Source: Iphione sp. A-MEVVRFRX5 (lineage: Eukaryota). Taken from it: a stretch of 64,000 nt of DNA. The notes under the pieces are model-generated. The model saw only the letters and a program-made list of their open reading frames with translations, was not told the origin of the DNA and made no database searches. How positions within the stretch are numbered: the stretch's first letter is position 1; each line of letters starts with the position of its first letter. The translations under genes and the position numbers were made by a program. Positions 38,173 through 51,800 of the stretch are shown one piece after another. Location of the stretch: positions 49,414,001 through 49,478,000 of the forward strand of contig OZ320317.1 in assembly GCA_976226885.1 (NCBI GenBank). The letters are read 5' to 3'.

Positions 38173-41100
38173 GAGGCTACAAGAGAATCACCATGAGAAA
38201 TGATGACTCAGGACTGACGTCCATAGTCAACGACTGGCTGCTGGTGACAGCTTGGAGATTCTACCTACTCTCAGCCTGCTGCAATCATAACGGATGGGCA
38301 TGGGTCTGGCGCCCATGGCAAACATATCGGCGTTTGATTCGAATTAAACCAATTCCCGATACAAGTGCTGGGTGCCTATTGAAGCTCGGATAAGACGCAG
38401 TTCATTTTCGCCCTGCCCCGAAAGGGCCAGCAGTTTGCGGGGGGGGGGGGGGTGCGGGGCGGCAGCTGGTAGGGTAGGAGGCAACTGATCGCTGCTTGCT
38501 GATGATAGAAGGCAGAGACTGTTGGATTGAGGGGTCCCTCTCTTGTATCTACAACAGGCAGCTGTGGAATGGTCACACTTGAAAGCACCCTGGTCAGGTT
38601 CGTGCTTTCAGAGCCTTCAATCTCCATCGCCACATACTCCCTTTTAATATGGTGGAAATAATACCCGACTGTTCCCCATAGCTTTCATGTTATCTCCCTT
38701 TTACTTCCATCTCCTAAACAACACGATGAGTCTTCGTAATCCTCTTTACGATTAAAGTGCCTAGTTGCACGACCTCCATTTCGATCCTCTTGTGTAATCG
38801 TATTTAACGTGTATAGTAATAAAACACCAGCGACAATAATTTGTGTGTCTCGGATAAACAGAGAAAAGCTGAACACCGGATGGATTGCTCGCATACAATG
38901 CATGTAGATAATTACATTATACATGTATATACATATATATTAGCATACAAAGTGCAATCCTTAATACGCATCTCCAATATTACCTTCTTTCACTGTGTTG
39001 TTAATGTTTTCAGCCCGAAAAGTAATTTCTGCTTTCCAAGTACGATGGTACCAAGGTGAGGAGGAATGGCCTTCTTATGCACATAGTGACACCGTTTGGG
39101 GTTTAGGACGGGTGGGAAGCGTTGTAGGCAGCAGCCATGGGCTATTGGAGAGCGGAGGTCCAAAACACCTCACTATTTCAGATGCCCAGTACCGAAAAAA
39201 AGCAGAGCGGCCGACTTGATGAACATGCAACCTATGCAGCGATATGCAATAGGTCGACTGAGTGGAGAGTGCCCCACGAGAGCGATTCTCATCATCCATC
39301 CTCAATCGAAGATGACCTTTGTGTAAAGCAAGGGTACGAGATGGTGCTTTTATGAGGCATTCAAAACCACCATAATGTATTTATCTGACAAGTTTCTATA
39401 GAGGCTGATTGTTTACGGTTCCACTCATTAAGATAAAGGTACATACATACGCACGTACACGCGTAGGCGTGTATATTGCCCCTCGCGACAGAGCGAAAGG
39501 TCCTCTCTCGTAATGTCAATGATATAACGTGACTCATGGTATCTATGCTGATAATTATTATGGACACTGGACCTCCCATTTGTGTGCTGTGGTAATAGTT
39601 GCATGGTTCACGTTGCTGGTCTCTGTGAAGGAGATAAATACGATCACCGGGCGCTCTTTCAAGGGCGTCAGTAAGCGAACAGTCGTATACATGCCGATAA
39701 ATTGACTTTGCTTAAAGATCGTATATACACTCATGGAGTGCGGCCGTTGGACAATATCGCCCACCTAAGAAAAAGGAAATAGAAATTGATCGGTTTTGAA
39801 TTTCCTGGGGCTAGTATAGTCATCGAGAGGCTTGGCTGTTGTGTCCCGTGGGTGAATTTCCTGTTCAACAAACATACAGCGATGAAATCGTTCTTTCTGA
39901 GAGTGAAAGGACGGAGTGTACTCTTCTTTATTGGAGCCCTGCCTATCGCCAGTTTGACGCTGTGTGAAATGTTAGAATGGAATAACGATCCCCGACTTTG
40001 GTCCGCGATTTAAGACCCATATAGGAGAGCACCGGGGCCTTGCAGGGTGATAATGAGGTAGGGAATGGACCCTTCGGGTTGCCATGGCAATAGAGATGGG
40101 GACTCCGAGTATAAGCCTGCCACCCTATTTAAGGATCATGGGGGTAGAGGTAGAGATGGGGGTCGAGCAAGATAACGGCGCGTAGGTCCTCTAGGGAGCT
40201 TTTGAGCAGTTCCGCGACTGGCTCCTGACAGACGGGAGCAGTTCAACAACAGCGGTTTCTCCTGCCCAGGGCGATTACCATCGTTTCAACCCACCCCCGA
40301 TATAGCGACCATACAATGGAGATCACACAGTCTGCGCCCGCAATGAGTGTATTTCCATTCCGGACCATGGAGATAGAGACATATTCGTGCCACTCGTTTA
40401 GACAGCTCCGTGTTCTGCTCATGACGGTTGCGGGAAAGGGTGTTCTATTTATCCAGGGGAGATAAATAGGAAGAGCAGAAGAAGAGAAATGTGAGCAAAT
40501 TGAGGCCGACGGCATGACAAGAGAAGCGGAGGCAGAGAGACTCAGGAAAAAATAACCCTGACGGTCAATTCTACGTCCTTTTTTCACCCTCTCTCAAGTC
40601 AGGATGAAAGGTTGTTGGACGACCGCTTTTGGTCCAGCAGATTCGATGTCGATCTGGCAGAGTGCCTGACCATGGGGTGGGCATGCCAGTCAGATGAGGG
40701 ATGTCAGGGCGGCTTCGTTGGACATTCCGCGTCGCAGAGCGATCATTTAACGTCACCGTCAACGCCCGTTTTCGATCCGCCGGCGCCCAGCCCACGCCGA
40801 GCGCCTACCATCACTGCACCCCGGGGGTCGGGGTGGCGGCCAGGGAGGATGGCTCCCCGCCAGAAGTTCGTCCTTAGCAGTCGACCGAATCCACAGAGCT
40901 GTTGTGACGCCTTACTGAAGACTCCATCAAGACCGACCCTTATCGGCAAGACGCTGTTATCACCCCCTGCATTCTGTATGAGACTAACAGGCCTGTGGCC
41001 AATGCAAAAGGCTTCTGCATGGATCCATGCGGCAACCGGCGGGCCGGCTTGTTCCTATATTGAGACCACCTAATTCCACTTAAGCGGATCTCTTTTATGG

Positions 41101-44100
41101 CAGTCTCGCAGAAATGTCTGGCAATTCTGGCCTCAGAAATGCTTACGATGGCTTCATGCGGCCTTATTTCCTAATCGCCTTCACGACGGTTGCCGGCCCA
41201 CCCGGCACCGCCATGACTACCAAGGAGATCTTCATTATTATCTCGTTCTAAGTGTGTAGTCTAGAGTGGATGAAGTGTAATAGCGAGCCTACAAAAATAC
41301 TGGGTAGGAAACTTGGACATTTGATGTGTGGTGATATTGACAGGAAGCCGTGTCAACCTGAACATTATGCCCTTAATTTGGACGCATTATCACTACAATA
41401 TATTGGTTCGGATCGATAGAAAATTACACACGTAAAAATGTTTAACAGAGCATAAAGAAAAACATGAACAAGTAGCATTCGACAAGAAGGAACATTTCAC
41501 CGATAAATCGAACCAGGCAGAGAAAAACACGGGCAGACCGGGCGGACACTAGTATAAACGAAGTAATGTTAGTGGGACAGGGTCCTGAAGGGAACCACTG
41601 AGAGAGTGGTTGTCTTACCGAGCAAAAGCCTCGTATAGGTAGATGGATACATGCATAGATGAATGATATGAATATAGAAGGCAGGGCATACGATTTGACA
41701 TTCCCATGGGAGCTCGATGATAATATGTAGTTTCGAGGCTCTAACGCTCGAGTATGACGTGCTTGCATCCTTGATCAAGAAAATGTCTTTCTTTGTGTTT
41801 TACTTTAGCTTTTTGGACTATTAATAAAGCGAGGTTCGATTCACCCGACTTCTTTATAAATGCTTTCTATTTGTATTATATATCAAGAGAGAAAGACAGT
41901 CAGTCTGACAGGCAGATAAAGGCAGTGATAGCGCTGTAATATTCGAACAGGTTTAATTACTGGTGTACAGGTGTTGAAGAGGAAGGACCAGTTATTCATG
42001 TACAAACTGGAGTAGAAAGACCATACCCACGTAGTGCCTTGAAGGGGAGGAGGGTTTTATTATTGCAGAAGACCCCACGAAGGAACGTCCGCTTTCAGGT
42101 AAAAGCACGAGACGGCAGTAATAGGCCAGTCCCTCAAAGGGGAAGATTTCACTCGACGACATGGGTGGTTTGACAAGTGAAGACCCTGCCTGCTGTTTGA
42201 CCAGGTACCCGACCTCGACTGCTGACGTAATTAGATCAGTGAATAACGTCAATTAGAGGCCCCTGCACCAGTCCACAGCCTGCCGTCCACCGATGATGAA
42301 TCGTCCGAGTGGACCCTCCGTGAAGCCGATCCTTTCATTACCTAATCCCCCTGCCAAGCATCCATCCCCCACTGTGGGCCCCTGCATACATACCTGGTTC
42401 GGCCATCTTACTATCCTGCAACGAGCCACTGGCCGACAACGGACAACCCCATGCGTCGGCCCAATCCCCGCCGCTCACCGCCTCGACGGAAATGACGTCG
42501 ATTCGATGAGGAGCGCCCCCCTATTGTCAGGGTCGAAAGGCCGCTCGGCCCTCTGGCGGGACGCTTTGTCTTCGCCTTCCACCCCATTACCCTACCCGTA
42601 CGGAGACGCTCGGATCAATTTGCTGTGGCAATCGTAAGTATGACCTCTGCTGGGGTTAGCTGAATGTCGTCTGCTCAGAGGCAACCCAATCGGAAGACGC
42701 CCAGCTCAAAGCTACCGATCCCCTCCTCAACCTTTCCAATCCGCCCATCTGTCTCAACCGTCTTCCTCTTAGGACCATCCGCTCTCCCCTGTAGCGGTAA
42801 CGTCTCATCAGTACCGGCATCGGCGAAGCGTCTTTCAAATGTCGTCTGCCAGAAGACGCCACGACTGCCAAGAGGCACGAGCCTACCGCCTTCTCCCTGA
42901 CGGGAGCTCGCGGGAATCGTTCCTCCGCCCGGTTACATGCTACGTTTCATCGGTCAATAGAGCGGTTAGCTTTTGTCTTTGAAGGAGACTTAATAACAAG
43001 GGACTCGTGCACTGGGAGGTTGGACCTCTCTGTGCCCAGATGGAATTACTGGTGCCGGATCAATTGACGACTAAAGGAGACTAAGGTCAGGCCCCATGGG
43101 AGGAAGAAGATAGCCCCCTGACTGTTTCTGTAGACACTCCTGGGTAAGTTTTGCCCCACTCTGGGCCCTCTAGAGGAGCGCTGTGAAAGATAAGAATCGT
43201 CGCGGCTGTTGGTAAAATTTCACAGTTGCTTGACCTTTCCGGATTTCCTTTTAAAGCATACCCCCGGAGATGTGAGACCTTAATGGGTTTAACGAGGCCG
43301 GCGGTCCTTGGTGGTTCTCCCTCTTTGTATCTAATGCCGTGTATTTCCTCCGGCTCCTGCCACCAGTACCTTCTCCTTTTACAGTCCGTCGCCGCCAGGG
43401 CCCACTGCCATATGCCCCCTCCCCTTTCAAGCCGCAGGACAAAGGAAGGGAGGGTGGGAGCAAGGCGGTAATGGTGGGAGGGCGGAAGATTGGGCCTCAG
43501 GGATGGAAGAAGGAAGGGCGGAGGATGAGGGAGAGAGAGCATGTGGTTGGGGGAGCCAGGGTGGAAGCGAGATCTGGGCCTAGTCCCCGGTGCGCCACTG
43601 GTGTCGCCAGCGCGATTCGGAAGATCAAAGAGAAGCTGACACAACGGCCAGGACTCATTAGCCCGTATCTTATCATTAGTGATCCACATTACCCGAGGGA
43701 TGGGTGGATGTCTCGCTGGGTGGGCGAAGGGAGGCAGTCGGGACCACTCCCAGACAAAAATACAGACCGCCGATATAACAGGCTTCTATGGTAATACTGC
43801 GCCTTAACGCGGGCATTAATTGTCGACATAAGTCAGCACAGACCTTGTGCACATCGCGCTGTATCGTGGCATCCATTGTGCCTCAATGGCTTGATTATTC
43901 CCGAGATGCATGTTATCATGCGAGAATCACCATCCCAGCACCAAACCAAAGAATGTATAGCAAGTTATATCCATTGTCTGGATTAATAATTCTTTAAACA
44001 TTTTTGACCGAAGACTCCATATTATATATGAGCTGTCGTGCTGAAAACCCCCGGCACTGGTTCCATTTTGGTGACTACATGTACCTGTATGGTAGTTGCT

Positions 44101-47100
44101 CCATCTTCATGTTGCATTAGCAATATTAAACTGCACCCAGAGGGTTACAAGAAAATTCCTCTCACACAACACATGCGGCCCAGCGTAGAGTATTGTTACT
44201 CATAATATTTGCTCTTATGAAGCAGGCCCGATGGCCTAGGAAGTTTTAAGTGTGCCATCCGTCAGTGCCACCCGCCAATGTGTAATTACAACAAGCGGGC
44301 ATTGAAGCTTTTGCATGTATAAACGACACTCAGATGTCGGCGCCTACAATGGATACGGACTGCTTGCTCTCTCAAACGGACACGTTGAATTACACGAGCG
44401 GAACTCAGAGATCATCTGATAATCACAAACATCCAATGTGGGGTATTTGTTCTTCGTGTTGCGACCATGGGAGTAATTGCCTGTATCGCCGGAGCCGAAG
44501 TCGACTTGTCATATACTACTCATAAATTCCTCACCCGAACCCGTTCGGAAAACTTATGTCATTTTCCGAGACAAAAGCCCTGCTATATCATAAATTACAC
44601 TGCCATGCCTAGTCAAGTCATGAGTGGCATGATGGTGTTGGGCCGTACCGCATTTCATTAACGTCGCCTATCAGTTTATTCATAGCTTCAAATAGTATCA
44701 GTATACATGTAATTTAGTAACGGTACACATGTACACCTGCAGGTGTGAAACGTAAGTACATGTATTGTCTTTCGACATGGCATCCTCATGAGACAAAGTA
44801 ATACAGTGAGGAAATCATGGAAATGTTAGCATGATAAACATTTTCAGTGTAACGAAGGTGAAGTGGATTTTTGATAAAAGAAAATCCTAAAGACATCACA
44901 TGAATGTCATCTTTGTATGGCTATTATACTCATTGGTGTTAATCTACTGGACATGGTGTTGGGGCTTTTTTATTGAAGACAGAAGTAGGTACGACAATCA
45001 AGAACCAGGTACTACGTTTGGAGGTGTGTCCAAAGAAATTTCCACGTTGACTTTTTTTAACACGGTCTATTCAAAGTGAGCTATATGTTATAAATTCAAA
45101 GCGTCAACACTACGCATGATTCGCGGTGTCTATATTTCCTAAAGTCTTATGACATTTTAGAACATCCTTCTCACACGAAACACACCCGTAGCCTGATATA
45201 GGTTGCATTGCTAATTTTTATACTGTTTCAATTTTGTCATAATTTTCTACTGCCTCGAGCCATGGTGTATGATATATACATATATGCCATCACATCATAT
45301 CATCTACATCATGAAAGCACAGAACAGGGTGCAGAGTATACCTAGATAAAGTGTGATTTAATAGTTAATCTACAAGATGTTCTCTTACACCTTGCATTCT
45401 GGCATAAAGATCATTACACCTTAAATACTTGAGTACCTCTTTTTATGTGAATAAGTAGAAAAATGTACAGGATGAAAAAATCTACCAATGTGTTCCTTCA
45501 AGATGTCTTTAAAACTGATGTTTTAAATAAGAATGCCTTCTCGGGATAAGAGCAAGGTCTGTTCGTGCAAAACATGATAATTCTCAGGGAAAATCAACAT
45601 ATATAATTTTTCATCTCATGTCCAAGGCGCCTTTAGGTTATTTCAACAATACGTTATGAAATGATGAAGTCGTTTATCAGCAGAAGTTGTATGCACGGAA
45701 GAGGGCCAGGCTTTTACCTCTAAATGGGCACCAATCGCGTGCAGTGTACAACTTTAATTTGCATGCAAACTACCCAAAGAATCAAGGTCTAAAGTGATGG
45801 ATGATGTATGATAACAGAGTGGAGGAGATGATGGTACCAGGAGGTGAGAGTGAGGGGCGGGTAGAGAACGGGGAAAAGTAGTACGGGTAGAAAGTTTAAC
45901 AGGAATCCAAAATCGGACTTGGTCTTAAAAATTGCTACTTTTACTGAGGCAAGACCAATTGCTGGTTTCCGCTCGATTAGGGTCAGCAGGTTTTACGAAC
46001 GACCCTCAGTGACCCATCTAAAGAGCCAGGGTGTGTGATCACACCTGGCGACCCGTCGTCCACAATAAGGTTGCACCCCTGGCCTGCCACTAATCGTTGT
46101 TGACATACTGCGTGCCTATTAGACTACATCGTGTTACCTCTGGGGGCTTAATGGAGGGAGAGGACTGACAGGCTGAGGTGGTGGCAGGTGGTCAGGTCAG
46201 CTGTAGCCTGTGGATAATAAAGAGGATGAAGTATACCTTAGGTGCTAGGGATGCGAATAATGAAACCCTTCCAGCTATAGATATGGCGGACGTAACAATT
46301 ACTGGGAAATATCATGTCGTTGGTAACATAAACGAGCATGCATTCATACCAACAACGTACAAACGAGTAGTTATATGCTGTTTGTTATCCAATTATTCCA
46401 GACGTATTAGGGTAATTCTATATACTTGACGGCACACATCTAAAATCCCGCGTGTCCGTGGCGCATTTCCTGCATACATGTATCCTGTGGAAATTGGATA
46501 TGTATGTATAGGTTCAGATTTGTTTAGCTATAGGTGAAAATGAATAAATCTCTTTGAAGGTGACCTTTTGCATCGGCATTTACGGGAGGTCCAAAGATAA
46601 TTGGAAACAGAAAGACTGTAGAACAAAGACAGTGACGACCTTGAAGCTTGGAGTGCCACAGTGTTCTAGTGTCCAATTTCAAGGGAATAGTTTCTACGCG
46701 CAAAGAGAATTTCCAGCATCTTAAAACTAGATGTTCGCGAAAGACTAGGTTATCCCGGCCCCTTTCATCGGTGTAACATGCATGGTGTCAAAGAGAGTTA
46801 AGTGGCCACAAGAAAGTCGTCATTTCTGATCCAGGGTGTTCAAACAGTATTTAATGTTGAGGCGAATGCAGGTCGCGCTCTTTAGTGACAAAAGATTGCA
46901 ACCTTTAGACTGGTACATTGTTTTTTTCTAGATGTGCTTTAGTCTTCTTTCTACTAGGGTGGTATCCATAAGTCAATTAGCGACAAACTCAGGGCAGCGC
47001 GGACCAAAGTGTCGAGTCCAAATGCTCAAACATGAGTCCTCTTTATTAACCGGTTGTTGCTATAGATGAGGTTATATGAGGCACATGTTGCCGATTGTAG

Positions 47101-48660
47101 AAAAAGTTTCTCAATTGAAACTGTTAGACTAAGGGACGCATGCCTTTTGTCCGAAGTAGGATGTCCTCTTTTACTGAAAAGATCATCCCATCATAGCTAT
47201 TGTGGCTGTTACTTGTGTTACCTATGAATGGCTCGTGATAGAACCATTAAATAAAGTTGCATCGGGCTTCTATGCGTCCATGAACATTTTATCATTGCAG
47301 AATTAAACATTTTAAATCCATAGTTTTTAGCAAAACAAAGACTCTGTAAATGTCCCATTCATCATTTGAACTTGGTGCAGATCCAAATGGAGCCAAATAA
47401 TTAACAACCAGGAGCTGGCTCAGCGGTGTACCAATACAAGGGACCTCGCCAAATGCTACATTACAATGGAATACAATGCATTTAATCGTCTCTTTGTGAA
47501 TGTTGGTACGTCAGTCTATAGTGAACGATAGCTTGTTGATAGTCATCGAGCACATTCAGCACAGGGCAGATGACATAAGCTATAGAGCCCATTAATGCAG
47601 CCCGTAGCATCCCCTTAGCCTAATAATACAAGCGCGGCGCTATAATATGACCGTTGATGACTACGCTGCCAGTGTGAGTGATCTTGCCGGGCCCCGAGCG
47701 GCCCCCTGCCCGCCCTCCCGCCGGCCTCTGCCGGCGCAGGCAGTCGGCGGTCCCGCTGCCCGAATGACCACATTACTCGGTCTCGGCCGCGCTGTAAGAC
47801 TACGATCACAGGTGCGCGGGCCCTTCAGCAACACCGCTAGGGGACAGCATCAATAGGAGACGGTGTACTATTGTTTTAGTATAAAGTCTACCCCTTCTCC
47901 TTTTCATCTCTGAAAGGAGAATTATTGTGTTTTTCCACAGTGAAGCAACCACCATCGAGTGTTTTGTTCTCCATTATCAAGCAGATCGATCGTGTCATTT
48001 TGTAAAATGGATGAAGGACAATGAAACAAAGTTGATTCTCCCTATGACGTTTTTCGCTTTTATGCATGATACATATAACACAATACAGGAGAACTTTAAT
48101 GCTTTGAATCATGAATGGGCTGCCCCTCGGTCTCTCTCTACGGGGGAGCAATGTTAAGACGTTTCATGTAAGTGATTAACATAAATCTTTAGTACAAGAC
48201 AGAAATAACGGAAGACAAACAAAAGTACAATGTATAACTAATGCACGCAAAGAGGGTTACGGAGGCATACCGAACGGTGGAGAGGTAATGGTTGAAGGTG
48301 AAAGAAAAAGATAAAAATTATATGAGAAGTGGGCCTAAAAGGGATTTATATGTATGGTATAGATGTACATACATATACAGGTGTCTAAATTACAAGTATG
48401 GCTATTAAGCAGAGGAAGGCCATGGGGCTTAGGCAGAGGAAGAAACAGAAATGTTCCCCTGGGAGTACTTGATTAACGCGCCTCACCACCACCCCGAGCT
48501 GGGCAACTGGGAAAGAATATGCATGTGCGTATGTATATGTACATGGATATGTACATGTACACGCTATCAGACGGAAGGAGGGGAGGTGGTAGGTGGAAAG
48601 TGGAATACAGAATCTCTCGCGTAGGAAAACAATAAACGGCAACATAAGCCGTAGACTTAC

Positions 48661-48841
48661 TTTGCATAGGCGGGAGCGGGGCTTGTGGCGTCACACGTAG
48701 ACACACACCTAGCAAGACGAGCAGTCGCAGCCCCCAAGGGCCGGGCCCACCCGCCAGGCCCATCCCCGGACAGCATCCGCCTGCCCCTCTCCTCCTTCTC
48801 GAAACGTCGCCCCGTGCAGGCGAGGTCTCCATAGTAACCAT
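48661..48841 (-). CDS. Candidate first coding exon (signal peptide) of the SUEL-domain gene
   Basis: GC-rich frame MVTMET...MGLAGGPGPWGLRLLVLLGVCLRVTPQAPLPPMQ with a hydrophobic core. It ends at a strong donor CAA A|gtaagt (48661/48660), phase 1, matching the phase-1 acceptor at 1202. Alternative ATG at 48763. The link to the SUEL exons is inference. Confidence 0.55.
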
Positions 48842-51800
48842 TTGCTCTGCTGGTTTAACTGTCTCACAAGTATCTCTACTTGCTCGGAATGCGCTGGTGT
48901 GAAGATGTACTGGAAGACTTGGTCGTCGTCAGTGCTACGTGAGGACGAATGGATTCCTCTTGGGATGTGTTAAAACCTGCTTCCCGACAGGTAGTTGATT
49001 TTTATGAGTGTTGCGTACTGTCTTTCCTGTACCTGTCTAAACTGGCCCCGGCCCGCAGGTATGTCCTGGATGTATGGGCAGCAAGCCACTGCGCAGTGTA
49101 TAATTGTATGTGGATGAGTAGATGGGTCCTATCTCCTCCAGGCCGACCGCGCCGTATTCATCGCCACCACCAACCCGTGAGCCTTGACAAGCAAATATCT
49201 ACACCACCTGCCGACCCTCTGGAGGGACAGGGCGAGCTTGCTATTGCTTCTACCTCTGCTCCTTCTCCAGGGTATAAATACTCCAGGTGCTCCGGCCGAA
49301 CCACAGGTGTCTGTGTGACGGCGGCCCAAGTGAGATGCGGGTCACCGTTGCTCCAAGGCGGGGCAGGTGGGCATGGGACTGAGCTTGGGGGATAGTGGAG
49401 TCACCCTCAGAGCGGTACTCCAGGTGAACAGAGCGAAATATGAGGTGATGGTATCACTTGACGGGAATTTCCTTTTAGTTAACCTACAACCGGAGCTCAA
49501 ACCCTCGCCTTCCTTCGGGACATGCGCGGCAACTTGCAGCTTACCTTATCCGGTAATGTACGTAATGTATGTGAAATGCCGATGAGCACAGGTCAGCATG
49601 TGTCATGTGACGACGTAAATATCCGCGTGACTAGTTAAAGTATAGACTTTCCCAGAATGAGTGATGCAGCGCGAAGCTTCGCCGAGTAGGACATAGGCCA
49701 GCGGGCTGAGTCAAATGATCGGTATGTGCCCGTCACTGCCGTGGAAAACTTCTCCACCCAGTGTCGGTTAGGAGCACCTTCTCAAACTCCCTGCCCGTCC
49801 CCTGGAGCTGCTCTGGTCCAAAACGTTAAGCTGAGCTGCTCGTCCACGTGCCAAGACAACCGCTGCCACCACCGCCACCACCGAGACTAGCAACTGCCAC
49901 GGCAATCCTATGAGCCGCTGCTGCAGTTTAAGCTACGGTTACCGCTACTTGCTTGGGGAGCCGCTCACTGGGTCTCCGACTCGCTCGGTGGTTAGGTCGC
50001 GACTGACGCTCCCCCTATACCACCAACGGAGACTATGACATGCGGCCGACTGGTGGGATGGGAACGCCAAGGCGGGCGGGGATGGGTGAGCCAGAGAGGG
50101 TTGAAGCAGGAGGGGACGGGCCGCAACCACCACGCGCACGCACTGCGCCGCGTCGCCGATGAGACAGCGGGCCTGGCGGCCGAAACAGACACTACATCAC
50201 AAATATGAACCTACTCTTGCCAATGTTTGGCGGACCACTGGAAAAGAGATGGGACGTATTCAGCGAACAATAATCGGCCAAATGCTTGAACCAAAGACAC
50301 CGGGAAACGACTACGTGCGCCGGTATCGTTCGTTGTAAGGCGGGGGATAAATGGTGTACGCAACAGAGGCTTTGGAAAAGCGCTTTGCAAAGATGTGTGC
50401 GTAAGGGTCGATCATATTGGGGACAAGGAAGGGGAAGGGAGGGAGCCAGGCATGTAACACCAGTTCGCCGCACGTGCTATTTGATTACCTGCAATAATAC
50501 TCGGTGGTAAACACAATTATGATATCAATAATTCGATAGGCAGGCCGTGCCAGGGGCCATGCCCGTGGTGTGACAGTTACGATGAGAAATGACAGACGAG
50601 GGATTCGTAGCAGGGGGAGGGGGGTTGCACAGGTCGCCGATCGTTCGACTGAGGATTAGTAAGCGAGGTGTGGTAGAGAGTGCACACCAAAGTACCCTTA
50701 ACGCCCCCTCCCCGACCCCTGCTGCCCTACCCTACCTGCTCCTCCCTGGCTGCCCCCCTCCCCCTCCTCAGCCGACCTAGCCAGATGGCAAAGCCGGCCG
50801 CCAGGGGTTGTAACGATCGGCAGCCGCTTGATTATAGTCATCGTCGCCACATTAATCGCCCGACGTGGCCAACGCCGCCACGCGCGACATGTCAGCCGTT
50901 TGTGGCGGCCATGCGCCGCCATCGTCGATACCGGCCATTTGAAGAATGTCCCGAGCCAGTCTCTAGTACCCGGCGGGCACCGTTCGACCGCCATCAATTA
51001 GGTTTGACTTGTGGTCGGCCGACCGGAATAAGAGAGATGACGGCTACGCGAGCGCCCTCTGGCATACTTTTTATTTTCTGGCTCGTTCTTAAGTCAGTCC
51101 TGTCGAAAATTCTGTATTATTACAATAGGTATGTCTAGAATGCAACTGTCGTAGACGTTTGTCTGGTTTGTAGGAAATCATTCACTATTATCTGCAGGAA
51201 ATTGAGTCTGAGTCTTTAAGCCATCATAAAGAGTAAGCACTCAGCCCACAATACTCCATACGGGTACACATGGAAAAAGTTTCGCATTAATAAATGTATA
51301 CAATGTATCAGACAACTTCTTTTTAAGTAGGCAAAACCAAATTCAGGGCGGTGGCGTCTTAAGCCATTAGTCGCAATGGTATATACGGGCACCTTAGCAC
51401 CATCTGCACTGACGTTATTGTCCTCTTGGCATTTAACTTAACCTTAAAGCAGGGGGATGCAATTTCAATCCGTCATCCCTCGGGATTGGGCGTGTTAGGT
51501 TGATTCTTCAGCCTTCCGCTTGATACTTCTCAGGCGTTACGCAGGGAAGGGCAGACGGTCTTCTTTTCATAATGTCAACAGCGTTTTCTTTCACTGAATT
51601 AGGTTTACTCGACATTTTGGCTAGCTGATTTTAAACCACACCCCTTCCGTACGCTCTGTTTGGCGTGGCCCTCTACTGATGAATCGAGTGCTTCACATTC
51701 AGGTTATTTACACAGCGGTAAATTTATTAGTTAAATACGTTCACGAAGTCGGGTTCACCAATAAAAACACACATCCTCCTGGTTTGCTGCCGTCCTTTTT

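Noticed and set aside
34668-38633. NLTRVL shared by two short minus-strand ORFs with different codons
   Set aside because: A 6-residue match among about 200 spurious ORFs is expected by chance, and the flanks do not align.
39558-39764. Strong minus-strand acceptor followed by GRYCP in phase 1
   Set aside because: That frame stops after about 17 codons and there is no donor.
41833-41842. B box GGTTCGATTC
   Set aside because: No proper A box or tRNA fold upstream.
41992-42252. KPP...IFPFEGL...LLPE resembling a Ngaro RT thumb
   Set aside because: Similarity is too weak and no YxDD is nearby.
43087-43689. 200-aa minus-strand ORF with YWW...HG and WG, faintly like DIRS RNase H
   Set aside because: Pro-rich GC-biased frame, lacks the TDAS motif, and overlapping frames are equally open.
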